DNA of 30,561 bases from a virus. Below, piece by piece: positions 9,039 to 21,077 of this stretch. The stretch is taken from the IMG/VR virus record IMGVR_UViG_3300021326_000192. One strand, written 5' to 3'. The notes beneath the pieces were generated by a model that made no database searches, was not told the DNA's origin, and saw only the letters and a program-made list of their open reading frames with translations. Each line of letters begins with the position of its first letter. Position 1 is the first letter of the stretch. Both the position numbers and the translations under genes were made by a program.

Positions 9039-9647
9039 CTAATTTTCATATACAAACTTAATTACTTTATTTTTTATTAGATCAATGAATTCATGATTTT
9101 CATTTTCAAAATTCTGGAATGCAGACCATGAAATCAAATCCGCCATTTGCAAACCTTTATAGTGCATTGAATCCGCATGCTCGATTACAATAGGTTGCTT
9201 TTGAATATTATTTAAACTGTTTAAAAAGAGTTCATTGAAATTGTCAATTTCTTTCTGTTTGTTTTTTGACTTGTCAATGAATATGAAAGTGGGTTTATCG
9301 ATATTGATTAATTCAGCCAGTTTTGAAGCTAAAATGTCATATGTCTCTTTGTTGTCATATTCATAACCTATTTTATATCTGTTTGATTTGTCAAAAACTA
9401 TTATGAAAGCTTCATAGTCCAGGTTTTTCAACTTTTTGAGGATTTTGATTTTTAATTCATAAGGTAAGTTTCCGCCTTTGATTTCAGCTGAACTTAACAT
9501 TTTCTTTTTAGATTCTCTTCGGCTTTTCTTGATTGTCTTATCCAGCTTCTTTGAATCCTCAACTTTGATGGCAGCCATAATAAAATGCTTTGAACTGCTT
9601 TGTTTAGTTCCCAAATCTCCGCTTTCATCAATATAAATATAAGACAT
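9039..9647 (-). CDS. DUF3800-family protein (RNase H-like acidic motifs), moron-like insertion
   Basis: N-terminal YIYIDESGDLG and C-terminal DS...GLQMADLISW motifs. ATG 9647 preferred over the ORF-track start at 9677. Confidence 0.8.
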   Translation of the reverse strand: MSYIYIDESGDLGTKQSSSKHFIMAAIKVEDSKKLDKTIKKSRRESKKKMLSSAEIKGGNLPYELKIKILKKLKNLDYEAFIIVFDKSNRYKIGYEYDNKETYDILASKLAELINIDKPTFIFIDKSKNKQKEIDNFNELFLNSLNNIQKQPIVIEHADSMHYKGLQMADLISWSAFQNFENENHEFIDLIKNKVIKFVYEN

Positions 9648-9739
9648 GCTTAAAACCCGATTATAATTATTTAACAACGCATTATTAATCTATTTTTTAT
9701 CATTAATTAATCTTTTTAATGACAAATAGAATATAAATA

Positions 9740-9785
9740 TTTATATAAAATAAATAATAAAATATATAATAAATAATATAATAAA
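9740..9785 (+). promoter_or_regulatory. Late-promoter signature: TATA box plus (A)TATAATAAA repeats
   Basis: TTTATATAAAATAAATAATAAAATAT is identical at 9740..9765 and 11365..11390; near-identical at 13349; related copies at 7518 and 29083. Confidence 0.6.
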
Positions 9786-9794
9786 GTGATAATC

Positions 9795-10784
9795 ATGAAA
9801 CATGAACTTTTTGAAGTCGGATCATATGACTACTCCGATTTGGATAAACGTCTGACCAAACCTGTTGAATGGACTGCTGAAGATCTAAAGCTAATAGCTG
9901 AAAACTACCGTGGCGGAATTCCTTTAACATCAGAGCACGATAGGGTTTATATCGGCATCGGAAACAACATCGTATTCGAAGAGGATAAGGGAAAGCTATT
10001 CATAGACCTTCCGGATGAACTTGACATGAAAGGAAAAGGGCTGTCACCAAAAGTTGATGTTTTGCTGAAAGACAATGGAGATTCATTTGGAATTGATACT
10101 ATGAGCTTGATAGATGTTGGCGTAACCAAAAACCCGAGAAAGATAACTTTGTTGAATTCTGAAATAACCGGCGAGACTGGTGCAACCGGAGAGACAGGAG
10201 AAATCGGAGAAACTGGAAATCCAGAACCTGCACCACAACCTCCTGAACCGCAAAACCAGGACGCTAATGTGGCCACTAATCTGCTTTTGGAAAAACTTCA
10301 GGGCAAAGATGCTGAAATCGGAAAACTGCAGGATGAAATTGACAACCTGAAAAAGGAATCCAAAAAGTATGACAAGATTAAAAAGTCTATAGAGGAAAAC
10401 AAGGAATTCATAAACAATAAGGAAGATATCCTAAAGGAATTGTCTGAACTTAGAAAACATGAAAATGAAAGGAAAATAAAAGAGTACGAAGCCAAGTACA
10501 ACTTCAACTACAATGAAAACGCACAGGACAAGGAAATAATCGATAAGCTACTCACAGGTGATGTTGATATGGAGCTGATGGAAAAATTGGCTGAGAGAAG
10601 AATAAAGATTGAAGCTACAAATGACATTTCAGTTCCTGGAGGACGCAACCCTCAAAACTCAGGTGAAATAGGTGAAATTGGATCAACTGGAAAAACAGGA
10701 GATGAAAACGCTCCGTCATTTACAACCCGTGAAGAATATAACAAGATTCTAAAGGACATGGGATTCAACCGAACTAGAATATAG
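9795..10784 (+). CDS. Prohead protease / scaffold fusion (Mu gpI-like)
   Basis: IPLTSEH (His), GLSP (Ser) and VGVTKNP motifs in the N-terminal ~125 aa, then a Pro-rich linker and long coiled coil. Confidence 0.7.
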   Translation: MKHELFEVGSYDYSDLDKRLTKPVEWTAEDLKLIAENYRGGIPLTSEHDRVYIGIGNNIVFEEDKGKLFIDLPDELDMKGKGLSPKVDVLLKDNGDSFGIDTMSLIDVGVTKNPRKITLLNSEITGETGATGETGEIGETGNPEPAPQPPEPQNQDANVATNLLLEKLQGKDAEIGKLQDEIDNLKKESKKYDKIKKSIEENKEFINNKEDILKELSELRKHENERKIKEYEAKYNFNYNENAQDKEIIDKLLTGDVDMELMEKLAERRIKIEATNDISVPGGRNPQNSGEIGEIGSTGKTGDENAPSFTTREEYNKILKDMGFNRTRI

Positions 10785-10854
10785 CTATGATGGTGTTTTT
10801 CTAACTTTTCCACCGGAGCTATACTTTCATTGAATCGCTCGTTATTTATATTTT

Positions 10855-11023
10855 GGGAAAGTGTTTTCATGTGTTTTCACTTTCCCTTTTTAAATTTACA
10901 AAACTTAACCCTCGAACCGACCGGTAAACGGTCGGTTCTTAAATCTGACATGATTAATCATTTCTTCATATGGCTATTGCGACTCATTTCATTCGTCGCA
11001 ACCTGTCCATCATAGATGGACAG
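10855..11023. other. Array of four perfect hairpins and one palindrome in non-coding DNA
   Basis: Stems at 10855-63/10878-86, 10914-23/10929-38, 10977-83/10995-11001 and 11003-11/11015-23; palindrome ATGATTAATCAT at 10950..10961. Confidence 0.8.
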
Positions 11024-11364
11024 CTTATTTTTCTTGATTGGCCTTTACTGGAAAATAGCAAAAACAAATCAGTAATATTATTAAACATTAAAGTAATAAA
11101 TAATATTAGAGGAATGAATAAATGTTTTGTAAATGGTATTATCATGGCTGTTGTTTACTATTTGCGTGCCCCTGTGATTTGACTGGCTCATGCGGGCTCA
11201 AAGAATGAAACATACTTAAGGTCATATTTCATGAATTGTTTTTTGCATTAATGCCTGCGGTATTGATGTCTGTTTGTTGATGTAAACTATTTTTTCAAAG
11301 GTAATCCTATTGATAGTTTTTCCGTTAATGTAACTAATTTTTTATTACTATTTTTATTATATTA

Positions 11365-11390
11365 TTTATATAAAATAAATAATAAAATAT
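11365..11390 (+). promoter_or_regulatory. Late-promoter signature copy
   Basis: 26 bp identical to 9740..9765, directly upstream of ATG 11396. Confidence 0.6.
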
Positions 11391-11395
11391 TGATT

Positions 11396-12586
11396 ATGAC
11401 ATTGCAGGAAGAACTACAAATCAATATTGTAATGAGTAATTACAACCAGAGAAGCGGAAGCTATTCATCCGGCTATGATTACCTCTTTTTGGATAATCTA
11501 TCTGACAGCCCATATGTCAATCTTTTCAGAAATGACTTGAAAAATCTTAAAATCAAAACCAAAGACAAAACGGAATGCAAACTTCTATACATTCCAGCTT
11601 ATGAATCTCAAAGCTCAGCCATTCTAGTTAGAATTCCAACAGGTAAGATCTCTCAAACCACAAAGCTATTGCTGGATGTTCATGACAAATCAACAACATT
11701 TTCAAGCACTTTAACAATTGGAGGAGATGTGTTAATGTTTGATGCAAACTCTGATACATACTCACAATTTTTCATGAACTACTCAGGATTATCATCAAAC
11801 AATGACTCAACAGACGGTGGGAAATTTTTAAGAGTTAGATTTGTTCCAAGCATTGACGGAAGCTCTCCAACCGGATTAATCACAACCAGCGCTTCAGGTC
11901 AATCATTAGCAAATAATCGTGTCACCGTTGCAAGATTTAAAAGGATAAACGGTAATGTCAGCGTTAATGATAATGCAACATATCATGGAACAACAACCGG
12001 ATGTGTCATGATGCAGTCAGACTTTAATCTCACGATTTACCAGGAGGATTTGAAATCAACAAGCATAAACTTCGGAGGCAGTAAATCCTACTGCATGTTC
12101 ACTGGTGCTGAAACATTGCTTATGGCCAGTTCATTTGATGCATATTCATCAGGAAGCGATGACGAGGGAAACTGGAAAAAGTATCATATTCACGGCCGTG
12201 CAGGAACGGGAACATCAAACACTTCAGATTACTTGGAAGGATTCATGAGAGACAATCCAACCAAAATTTATCAAAATGATTACAATGAGGTTTCCATTTC
12301 TCCGGAATGGTATCTGACAGATGAATTTGAGGAATATAATTATGTTGACTTGAAGTGGCTTTTGATATTTCCATCGCCATTGTTTGCAGCCAATGGAATT
12401 CCGCAGGTAAGCGTAACGCAAAGGCAGACAAAAACCGGAATCAGATTATACAAAGGTGAACATGAGTATCCTAAGGCCTATAAAGGCAGTACATTATTGT
12501 GGGATGCCAATGACGAGTCATTGGAAAATACAGGCCTTTACATACCGGATAAGATAATCAACCATGATTGGGATTGGGTGTTTTAG
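11396..12586 (+). CDS. Putative virion adhesin/fibre-tip protein with DUF2341-like N-terminal domain
   Basis: LFRNDLKNLKI...AILVRIP...LLLDV pattern; Ser/Thr/Gly-rich beta region; C-terminal IRLYKGEHEYPKAYKGSTLLW resembles a motif in phage fibre proteins. Confidence 0.45.
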   Translation: MTLQEELQINIVMSNYNQRSGSYSSGYDYLFLDNLSDSPYVNLFRNDLKNLKIKTKDKTECKLLYIPAYESQSSAILVRIPTGKISQTTKLLLDVHDKSTTFSSTLTIGGDVLMFDANSDTYSQFFMNYSGLSSNNDSTDGGKFLRVRFVPSIDGSSPTGLITTSASGQSLANNRVTVARFKRINGNVSVNDNATYHGTTTGCVMMQSDFNLTIYQEDLKSTSINFGGSKSYCMFTGAETLLMASSFDAYSSGSDDEGNWKKYHIHGRAGTGTSNTSDYLEGFMRDNPTKIYQNDYNEVSISPEWYLTDEFEEYNYVDLKWLLIFPSPLFAANGIPQVSVTQRQTKTGIRLYKGEHEYPKAYKGSTLLWDANDESLENTGLYIPDKIINHDWDWVF

Positions 12587-13357
12587 ATGATTATCGATTA
12601 TGATGAAACAATAGGACATAATCGTGGCCATCCGACAGGATTAAGTCATGAAGAGAAAATGGATGTTATTGCATGTCTTCTGGATGAGGGCGAAAAGAGG
12701 TATGTTAATGAGGAGCATACTGCATGGATTTCAGCAAACCAGTGCCGTGTCGGTGAAATGGTAACGCTGGATGAGTCATCAACAATGGAGCATACAATAG
12801 TTAGAAAAGCTAATGAAGGCGATCTGGCCTTTGGTTATCTTCTGGCTAAAGTTCAGGTTCGCTCATCTGGATATACTCTCGTTACTGTAGCGGTATTGGG
12901 TGATGTCTTCAGATTGAAACTGAAAAGGCCTGCTCCTGCAGAGATATTGCCGAACACCAGAATATACATTGACAAGGACGGCGAATGCAATCCAATTGAA
13001 GGACATGACTTGAGGTTATTATCAATAGTTAATCTGACGGAAAATGAGGATGTGGAATACATCAGGGTCTATCGCCAAATGTCTGAAATCGAAATGTATC
13101 CAGAATCACAGAACTGTATAGATCTTGCCGATTGCAGTTTTGAACAGGACGAAATAACCCATGTTGTCAACATGATCGTACCAACGGAATCCAATATCAT
13201 GGCACAGGCCAATTATGTCAAGGATAATGACGGCGTTACATATTGCGAGCTTCCGGACGTAGCTATTGTCAATAATGTCAGATTTGTATGGGAAGACAAC
13301 AAGCTGTACATGGAATGGGAAGGCTGCAGTGAAGATGAAAAAGTATATTTTATATAA
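12587..13357 (+). CDS. Divergent capsid-decoration paralog with acidic C-terminal extension
   Basis: CLLDEGE, VAVLGDVFRLKL and EYIRVYR align with FLLDEGE, LVLGHLFRLKL and NYIEVFR of 29137..29622. Confidence 0.6.
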   Translation: MIIDYDETIGHNRGHPTGLSHEEKMDVIACLLDEGEKRYVNEEHTAWISANQCRVGEMVTLDESSTMEHTIVRKANEGDLAFGYLLAKVQVRSSGYTLVTVAVLGDVFRLKLKRPAPAEILPNTRIYIDKDGECNPIEGHDLRLLSIVNLTENEDVEYIRVYRQMSEIEMYPESQNCIDLADCSFEQDEITHVVNMIVPTESNIMAQANYVKDNDGVTYCELPDVAIVNNVRFVWEDNKLYMEWEGCSEDEKVYFI

Positions 13358-13394
13358 AAGAAATAATAAAATATATAATAAATTATATAATAAA
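13349..13394 (+). promoter_or_regulatory. Late-promoter signature copy
   Basis: 34 bp with one mismatch to 9740..9773; 13375..13394 is identical to 29097..29116. Confidence 0.6.
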
Positions 13395-13421
13395 AAATAT
13401 AATATTATAGTGAGGTTTAAG

Positions 13422-13613
13422 ATGACAATAAGGAAACTGGTGGGAACACTTGAAAACAAAGGACCATACATAGACCAGTCAACAGGCCACTGGTTTTACT
13501 GGAACGGCACCAAATACGTTGACTCCGGTTATCCTTATGCCGTCAAACCCATTATATCATTTAAAATCGAAGATGGTATTCTATATTATTCAATTACTTG
13601 GGAGGCACAATGA
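13422..13613 (+). CDS. Small protein (63 aa) with PYID-x-TGHWFYWNG motif, probably a fibre-associated module
   Basis: GAGGT RBS before ATG 13422. The motif resembles PYIG-x-NGNW modules of collagen-like phage proteins. Confidence 0.55.
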   Translation: MTIRKLVGTLENKGPYIDQSTGHWFYWNGTKYVDSGYPYAVKPIISFKIEDGILYYSITWEAQ

Positions 13614-13774
13614 AATACATCAAATACTTTGAAACTTTAGAAGAGTACGAATCCTGGATAAACATTGAAGAGAATGCTGAAGAAGTATACAGAAGCGAAG
13701 AAAAGATTTGCGTTGATGGCATAATCCTAAGCCATACAAACAAACCTTACACAGAAAAGGAGGAAAAACAATGA
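13610..13774 (+). CDS. Small acidic protein (54 aa)
   Basis: Not in the ORF track. GGAGG RBS; ATGA overlaps at both ends; MKYIKYFETLEEYESWINIEENAEEVYRSEEKICVDGIILSHTNKPYTEKEEKQ. Confidence 0.65.
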   Translation: MKYIKYFETLEEYESWINIEENAEEVYRSEEKICVDGIILSHTNKPYTEKEEKQ

Positions 13775-14019
13775 TTTACGAATGGTTGGAAAAAAACAGA
13801 AAGGACATTGACATTTTAACTTCATTTCTAGTCACAGCTATTCCAGTCGTCATGTTATACTCAGAGGCATTAGGCATTACCGAAAATACAGTTCCCTACT
13901 GTATCCTTATGATAGTGTTAGGCATAGCCAGCCATTATGCAAGTAGGATAAGAGGTCAAGGAGATGTTGAGAGCGCTAAAAAGAAAGCTAAAAGGGTTTT
14001 GGGTTATCCTGAAGAATGA
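13771..14019 (+). CDS. Small membrane protein with two hydrophobic segments, holin-like
   Basis: ILTSFLVTAIPVVMLY and YCILMIVLGIA segments, basic C-tail; GGAGG RBS. Confidence 0.5.
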   Translation: MIYEWLEKNRKDIDILTSFLVTAIPVVMLYSEALGITENTVPYCILMIVLGIASHYASRIRGQGDVESAKKKAKRVLGYPEE

Positions 14020-14046
14020 TAAGCTTCTTTGGAGGATATTGTTATC

Positions 14047-14304
14047 ATGAACAAAATAAAAAAGAAGATACTCATCTGCAACTTTACCAAAACAATTTCA
14101 AGTGCTGTTTTAACAGCAGTAGCTATCAACATTATCATGACCAACGCAACAAAGTATGCTTTAATTGAAGGACTATTGCCGTTTACATTAGCCATCATTA
14201 TTGTTGCATTAATCGACTTTTATGAGTATAGATGTGAGCGTGAAGACAAGGTGACTTTAGAGGATTTGGAGTCAAGAATCAAAAAACTGGAGGAAAGTGA
14301 ATGA
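14047..14304 (+). CDS. Small membrane protein with C-terminal coiled coil
   Basis: GGAGG RBS before ATG 14047; two hydrophobic segments; LEDLESRIKKLEE. Confidence 0.5.
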   Translation: MNKIKKKILICNFTKTISSAVLTAVAINIIMTNATKYALIEGLLPFTLAIIIVALIDFYEYRCEREDKVTLEDLESRIKKLEESE

Positions 14305-14890
14305 AGATATTGATTGCAGTTCCAACCTTTGAGACCATCAAACCCGAATGCTTCAAAAGCATATATGGTCTGACAAGGCCCGAAGGATATAGTCTCTACT
14401 TTGATTATGTAGCAGGATATGACTGTGCTAAAGCTAGAAACCAGATAGCCAAAAATGCAATGGCAGGAAACTATGACTATGTATTGATGGTAGATTCAGA
14501 CATTCAGCTTCCTTCAGATGCTTTAGTCAAGTTACTTGAATGTGAATCAGATATTGCACTTGGATGGTATTATCGCAAGAGAACAAAAACAGACCAGACA
14601 ATCATCTATACCTTCGGCAAGGACTTCAACGATGACAACTGCATCAAAGGAAAGACAATGATCCATGAAGTCCCAAGGCCAATTGAAGTCAAGGGTGGAG
14701 GACTTGGAGTTGCATTAATCAATGTTAATGTATTTAGCAAACTTCAATATCCATATTTCAAGTTTGTCACCTATCCAAATGATACAGTATTGTCTGAAGA
14801 TTTATATTTCTGCAATCTGGCCAGTGAAAATGGTTTTAACATTAAATGCAATCCGACTGTAAAAGGAAATCATATATTTGACGTGATGAT

Positions 14891-14894
<4 letters not shown>
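14301..14894 (+). CDS. GT-A fold (family 2-like) glycosyltransferase
   Basis: KILIAVPT, ARNQIA, YDYVLMVDSD (DxD), GGGLGVALI and SEDLYFC motifs. Confidence 0.8.
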
Positions 14895-16424
<1,530 letters not shown>

Positions 16425-16451
16425 AAAAACTAAATCCATAGATTCCCTATA

Positions 16452-16489
16452 GGAAGTGCCGGCCGTTAATGTTGGTGCTTCCTTTTTTT
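16452..16489 (+). terminator. Hairpin plus T7 tract, terminator or attenuator
   Basis: GGAAGTGCCGGC / GTTGGTGCTTCC stem followed by TTTTTTT. Confidence 0.65.
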
Positions 16490-16515
16490 ATAAAACAATT
16501 CAAGGTGATAATATG

Positions 16516-16854
16516 TCATGGGTAAACGTAGGAAATATTAAAGGAGATACAGGTTCTGATGGTGATAATGTAACAATAATAAAAGATTCTGCACACGGCT
16601 TTATCTATTTCGGTTCCGGTGAGGATGAAGTATTCCTGTATCTCAGCGAAATAAAAGGACCGAAAGGAGACACCGGAGCTACCGGTGCAACAGGTCCTGC
16701 AGGTCCGGTCAATCTTGTATCCGCTTTGGATACAACAGATACAACCAATGCCGTTATCAACAGTGCAGTGGCCACAGCCATTCAAAACATAAGCAGTCAG
16801 ATCGGAACAATAACCTCAGCACAAAGCGCCAATCTGACATTGCTTGGGAGCTGA
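16516..16854 (+). CDS. Short fibre adaptor with collagen triplets and C-terminal coiled coil (112 aa)
   Basis: AAGGTGA RBS before ATG 16516; begins [14 protein letters not shown]; ends AIQNISSQIGTITSAQSANLTLLGS. Confidence 0.7.
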   Translation, partial: SWVNVGNIKGDTGSDGDNVTIIKDSAHGFIYFGSGEDEVFLYLSEIKGPKGDTGATGATGPAGPVNLVSALDTTDTTNAVINSAVATAIQNISSQIGTITSAQSANLTLLGS

Positions 16855-16860
16855 TTGACC

Positions 16861-17700
16861 ATGGGTTTTACAGCTCCTGACCTTTCAGAAATCCTAGCAA
16901 ACGAACAGGAATTAAATGCAAGATTAACCAATTTAAGAGGATTGCTTAGAAATGAACTGGATGACTTGGCCACCAGCTATTCCAACAATGATTCAATAAA
17001 AAGACTGATTGAAAGAATCACTAATCCTCCGGCCTGGAAAATTGAGAGAAGCTCAACATATGACACTGACCAGCTGGGAACACGTGTTGCAGTAACGGGG
17101 TGTGATGTGTACTCCTGGAACAAATATAATCCGACAACATATGCTGACAGCGACTACTGGTACCTCCAGTCCCTAACAAAATCTTCAAATGCCACAGCAA
17201 CAGCATGGGGATTATTCAACACAGGAACCATTAATCCAACCGACATATATGATTTAATCGTTTATGGTAGGGGCATGGCTATTTTCAACAATAATGCTTT
17301 TTCAGGTGTCGGCTTCAGCTATGGCATACCGCAGGCAGGTTCGGGAATGACAGGATTTTACATTGGAATCACACTGGATTCAGGAACATATCGTCCTGCA
17401 TATGCAATATTCAACAACAGCACAACTCCAATAATAACAAAAATGGATTATGGAACCTATGATTCTTCAAATCAGAAATTCAGATTATACATGATGCACG
17501 ATGATGATTATCTGAAACTGTACTGGTTTAAGGATAATGACTTTTTATGGAATGACTGGTTTGATTTATCCGATTTGCCTCAAGGCTATGAAAGTGCTGA
17601 GCTTAAGTTCGGATATGTTAGTCATGGGACCGGCCTTGGAAGAATGTCATATGTTCCAAGATTATACCTGTCCTCACCATGCAGATTAAATGTACTATAA
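16861..17700 (+). CDS. Putative fibre-tip / receptor-binding protein A
   Basis: N-terminal amphipathic helices (LNARLTNLRGLLRNEL...IKRLIERI), then an aromatic beta-rich domain. Confidence 0.5.
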   Translation: MGFTAPDLSEILANEQELNARLTNLRGLLRNELDDLATSYSNNDSIKRLIERITNPPAWKIERSSTYDTDQLGTRVAVTGCDVYSWNKYNPTTYADSDYWYLQSLTKSSNATATAWGLFNTGTINPTDIYDLIVYGRGMAIFNNNAFSGVGFSYGIPQAGSGMTGFYIGITLDSGTYRPAYAIFNNSTTPIITKMDYGTYDSSNQKFRLYMMHDDDYLKLYWFKDNDFLWNDWFDLSDLPQGYESAELKFGYVSHGTGLGRMSYVPRLYLSSPCRLNVL

Positions 17701-17714
17701 AGGAGGAATCGTTA

Positions 17715-18797
17715 ATGTCAATTGCAAGTGATGTAATAAATACAAATACAAAACTGACAATTATAAGAGATTCATTAAGAGAATTGTTAACACAGCATGG
17801 GATTGTATATTATAGTGATGATGATGTTTTCACGCTGGCAAGAAGAGTCTGGTTTTTAGTCCATCCGACAAACGGATCTCCCGGTGGAACATATCAGGAT
17901 TATGCAGTGGTCGGACATCCTGTTGGTGTTAGTGTCAATAAGGATTCAGATGACGGCAATGAACTCCCGGACGGCAGTGTTGCAGACTTTTTCATAAGAG
18001 TCAACGGTGGAAATGAAATTCATGTAAAATCAGTGTTCAGTAATGGTGAAGCCAGCTGTTCATACATTCCTGAAAATGCCGGTGATGTTTTAACAATCAG
18101 GGCATTGGTCAATGATTTTCAGGGAGTATATCTTGAAACTGAAGTATTGTCGTTTAGATATGAAGATGAATATGAAGTAACTCCTGATTCATACACTTTA
18201 GTTAAATATCCATCCTCGGCCAGCATTACAGTCAGTGAAGTTGATGAATTCAACAGTGACTATGACTATGCCAATGGAGTTGAAGTTTCAAAAACATACG
18301 GGTCTCCTCAGGCGGCTTATATGATTCCAACCAGTTTGATTGATGGGGTTGACTTGTCAGATACTGGAATTCACTTTTCAGCTATTGTAAGTCCGATGTA
18401 TTCATCATCAAGCGGATGGGCAAGTGGAATCTGTCTTTTGAATTCCAATAATCTGAATCATTATCGTGACAATAGGATTCTTGAACTTGGAGCATATCCT
18501 GGAAAAAAGGGTCTGAAATATTCCGGAACAAATCATGCAATAAATGAGATAAATACAAGTAGCGGACAATTAACATTGAATGGTGCATTTAAATTTGAGT
18601 TATGGTATGACGGTTCATATGTTAAGGCAACTATCTCACATTATTGGAATGATACTGTTTATTATACATATGAAAGCTCATCACTTCCGGATGAGATAGC
18701 AAATATGGAAACGGTCTTTCCGGCATTCATGATTTATGATTACGGTGGAAAAATCAGATTCAGAGAATGTTTAATTGAACCATGGAGCAGTGATTAA
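17715..18797 (+). CDS. Putative fibre-tip / receptor-binding protein B
   Basis: AGGAGG RBS before ATG 17715; N-terminal helices (TKLTIIRDSLRELL...VFTLARRV), Ig-like middle and lectin-like beta C-terminal region by pattern. Confidence 0.5.
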   Translation: MSIASDVINTNTKLTIIRDSLRELLTQHGIVYYSDDDVFTLARRVWFLVHPTNGSPGGTYQDYAVVGHPVGVSVNKDSDDGNELPDGSVADFFIRVNGGNEIHVKSVFSNGEASCSYIPENAGDVLTIRALVNDFQGVYLETEVLSFRYEDEYEVTPDSYTLVKYPSSASITVSEVDEFNSDYDYANGVEVSKTYGSPQAAYMIPTSLIDGVDLSDTGIHFSAIVSPMYSSSSGWASGICLLNSNNLNHYRDNRILELGAYPGKKGLKYSGTNHAINEINTSSGQLTLNGAFKFELWYDGSYVKATISHYWNDTVYYTYESSSLPDEIANMETVFPAFMIYDYGGKIRFRECLIEPWSSD

Positions 18798-18798
18798 A

Positions 18799-19941
<1,143 letters not shown>

Positions 19942-19952
19942 TAAGTGATAAT

Positions 19953-20222
19953 ATGGAACTGTCAGATGAACTGTTAATAGAAATGAGTTATGTAAATATA
20001 TCAAAGTACAGAACTAAAGTAATGAAGTCTTTAGATGGAGAAGTGTTAATACCTTCCCAAATAGCTAAAAACTCAGGGATTAGAACAAATCACATTTCAA
20101 AGGTTCTGGGAGAATTAAAAGCACATGAACTTGTTGAATGCATTAATCCTGAAGTTAGAAAAGGTAGACTATATAGGCTGACTGAGAAAGGTGATGAGTT
20201 AATTAAAAATTTTAAAGAATAA
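19953..20222 (+). CDS. Winged-helix transcription regulator (MarR/ArsR-like)
   Basis: IPSQIAKNSGIRTNHISKVLGELKAHELVECINPEVRKGRLYRLTEKG helix-turn-helix-wing. Confidence 0.85.
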   Translation: MELSDELLIEMSYVNISKYRTKVMKSLDGEVLIPSQIAKNSGIRTNHISKVLGELKAHELVECINPEVRKGRLYRLTEKGDELIKNFKE

Positions 20223-20250
20223 TCATCTATAGTAACCAATTTAACTATTA

Positions 20251-21048
20251 TTATAAAACTTTATAATCTTCTTTTCTAATTTCTACGTCACGATCTCTTA
20301 AAATCAAATTTTCAATGGTATTATTAATTATTTCATTGAAAACATTTGTAAAATGATTAAACATATCTTCTTCAGTAATGTCATTAGATTCGAAATAACA
20401 TGAAAATACATGTTTGTTTTGAATGATGTGCTCTGATTCATTAAAGTTATCAATAGCTTGTTTATATTCAATATAATATGGGAAGGGGATATTTTGAATG
20501 TCATACGTAGGTGTATTTTCCATTATTGCCAAATATTTTAAAGAAGGAGCATATGTTGGATTGGTTATAACTATTTTTTCAAATTTTTTTTCAAAATCTC
20601 CTTTTAAAGTTATTGGTAAATCATCCATTAATTCTGGATTTGAAATGAGATTTACAAACTGCATAATAAGATATGCATGACCTGATAAACATTCTATCCC
20701 AACATCTTTATTTTCAACATTAGTTTTAATGTAATTATATACTAAAAGAGTAATTTGAATTTCTCTTTTTAAAAGATTAATAGCCTTTTTTGAATGAATG
20801 TATCTTAATTGTAAAAATCTTGAATTTAAATTTTCGTCAAATAATTCATTATTATATTTCATTAAATCCATATTAAATTTAAAATTAATTAAAATACCAA
20901 TCAATGTTATTGATCCCATAAACAAACTAGCAAACACAGTTTTTATTTCAATTGGAGTACAAACGAAAAAAATTATACCTATAGAAACAATTGCTAAAAT
21001 TCCCATTATACCTATTAAAAAATAAATCACGCTATTTTTAATATCCAT
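20251..21048 (-). CDS. Uncharacterised protein with two N-terminal transmembrane helices
   Basis: VIYFLIGIMGILAIVSIGIIFFVC and VFASLFMGSITLIGILI, followed by a soluble domain. Confidence 0.7.
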   Translation of the reverse strand: MDIKNSVIYFLIGIMGILAIVSIGIIFFVCTPIEIKTVFASLFMGSITLIGILINFKFNMDLMKYNNELFDENLNSRFLQLRYIHSKKAINLLKREIQITLLVYNYIKTNVENKDVGIECLSGHAYLIMQFVNLISNPELMDDLPITLKGDFEKKFEKIVITNPTYAPSLKYLAIMENTPTYDIQNIPFPYYIEYKQAIDNFNESEHIIQNKHVFSCYFESNDITEEDMFNHFTNVFNEIINNTIENLILRDRDVEIRKEDYKVL

Positions 21049-21077
21049 TTATATGCATCCCATATTAATTTCAATAT

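Noticed and set aside
13771-14304. Complete lysis cassette
   Set aside because: Only two small membrane proteins are present, no pseudomurein endoisopeptidase or other lysin is recognisable, and the holin call is tentative.
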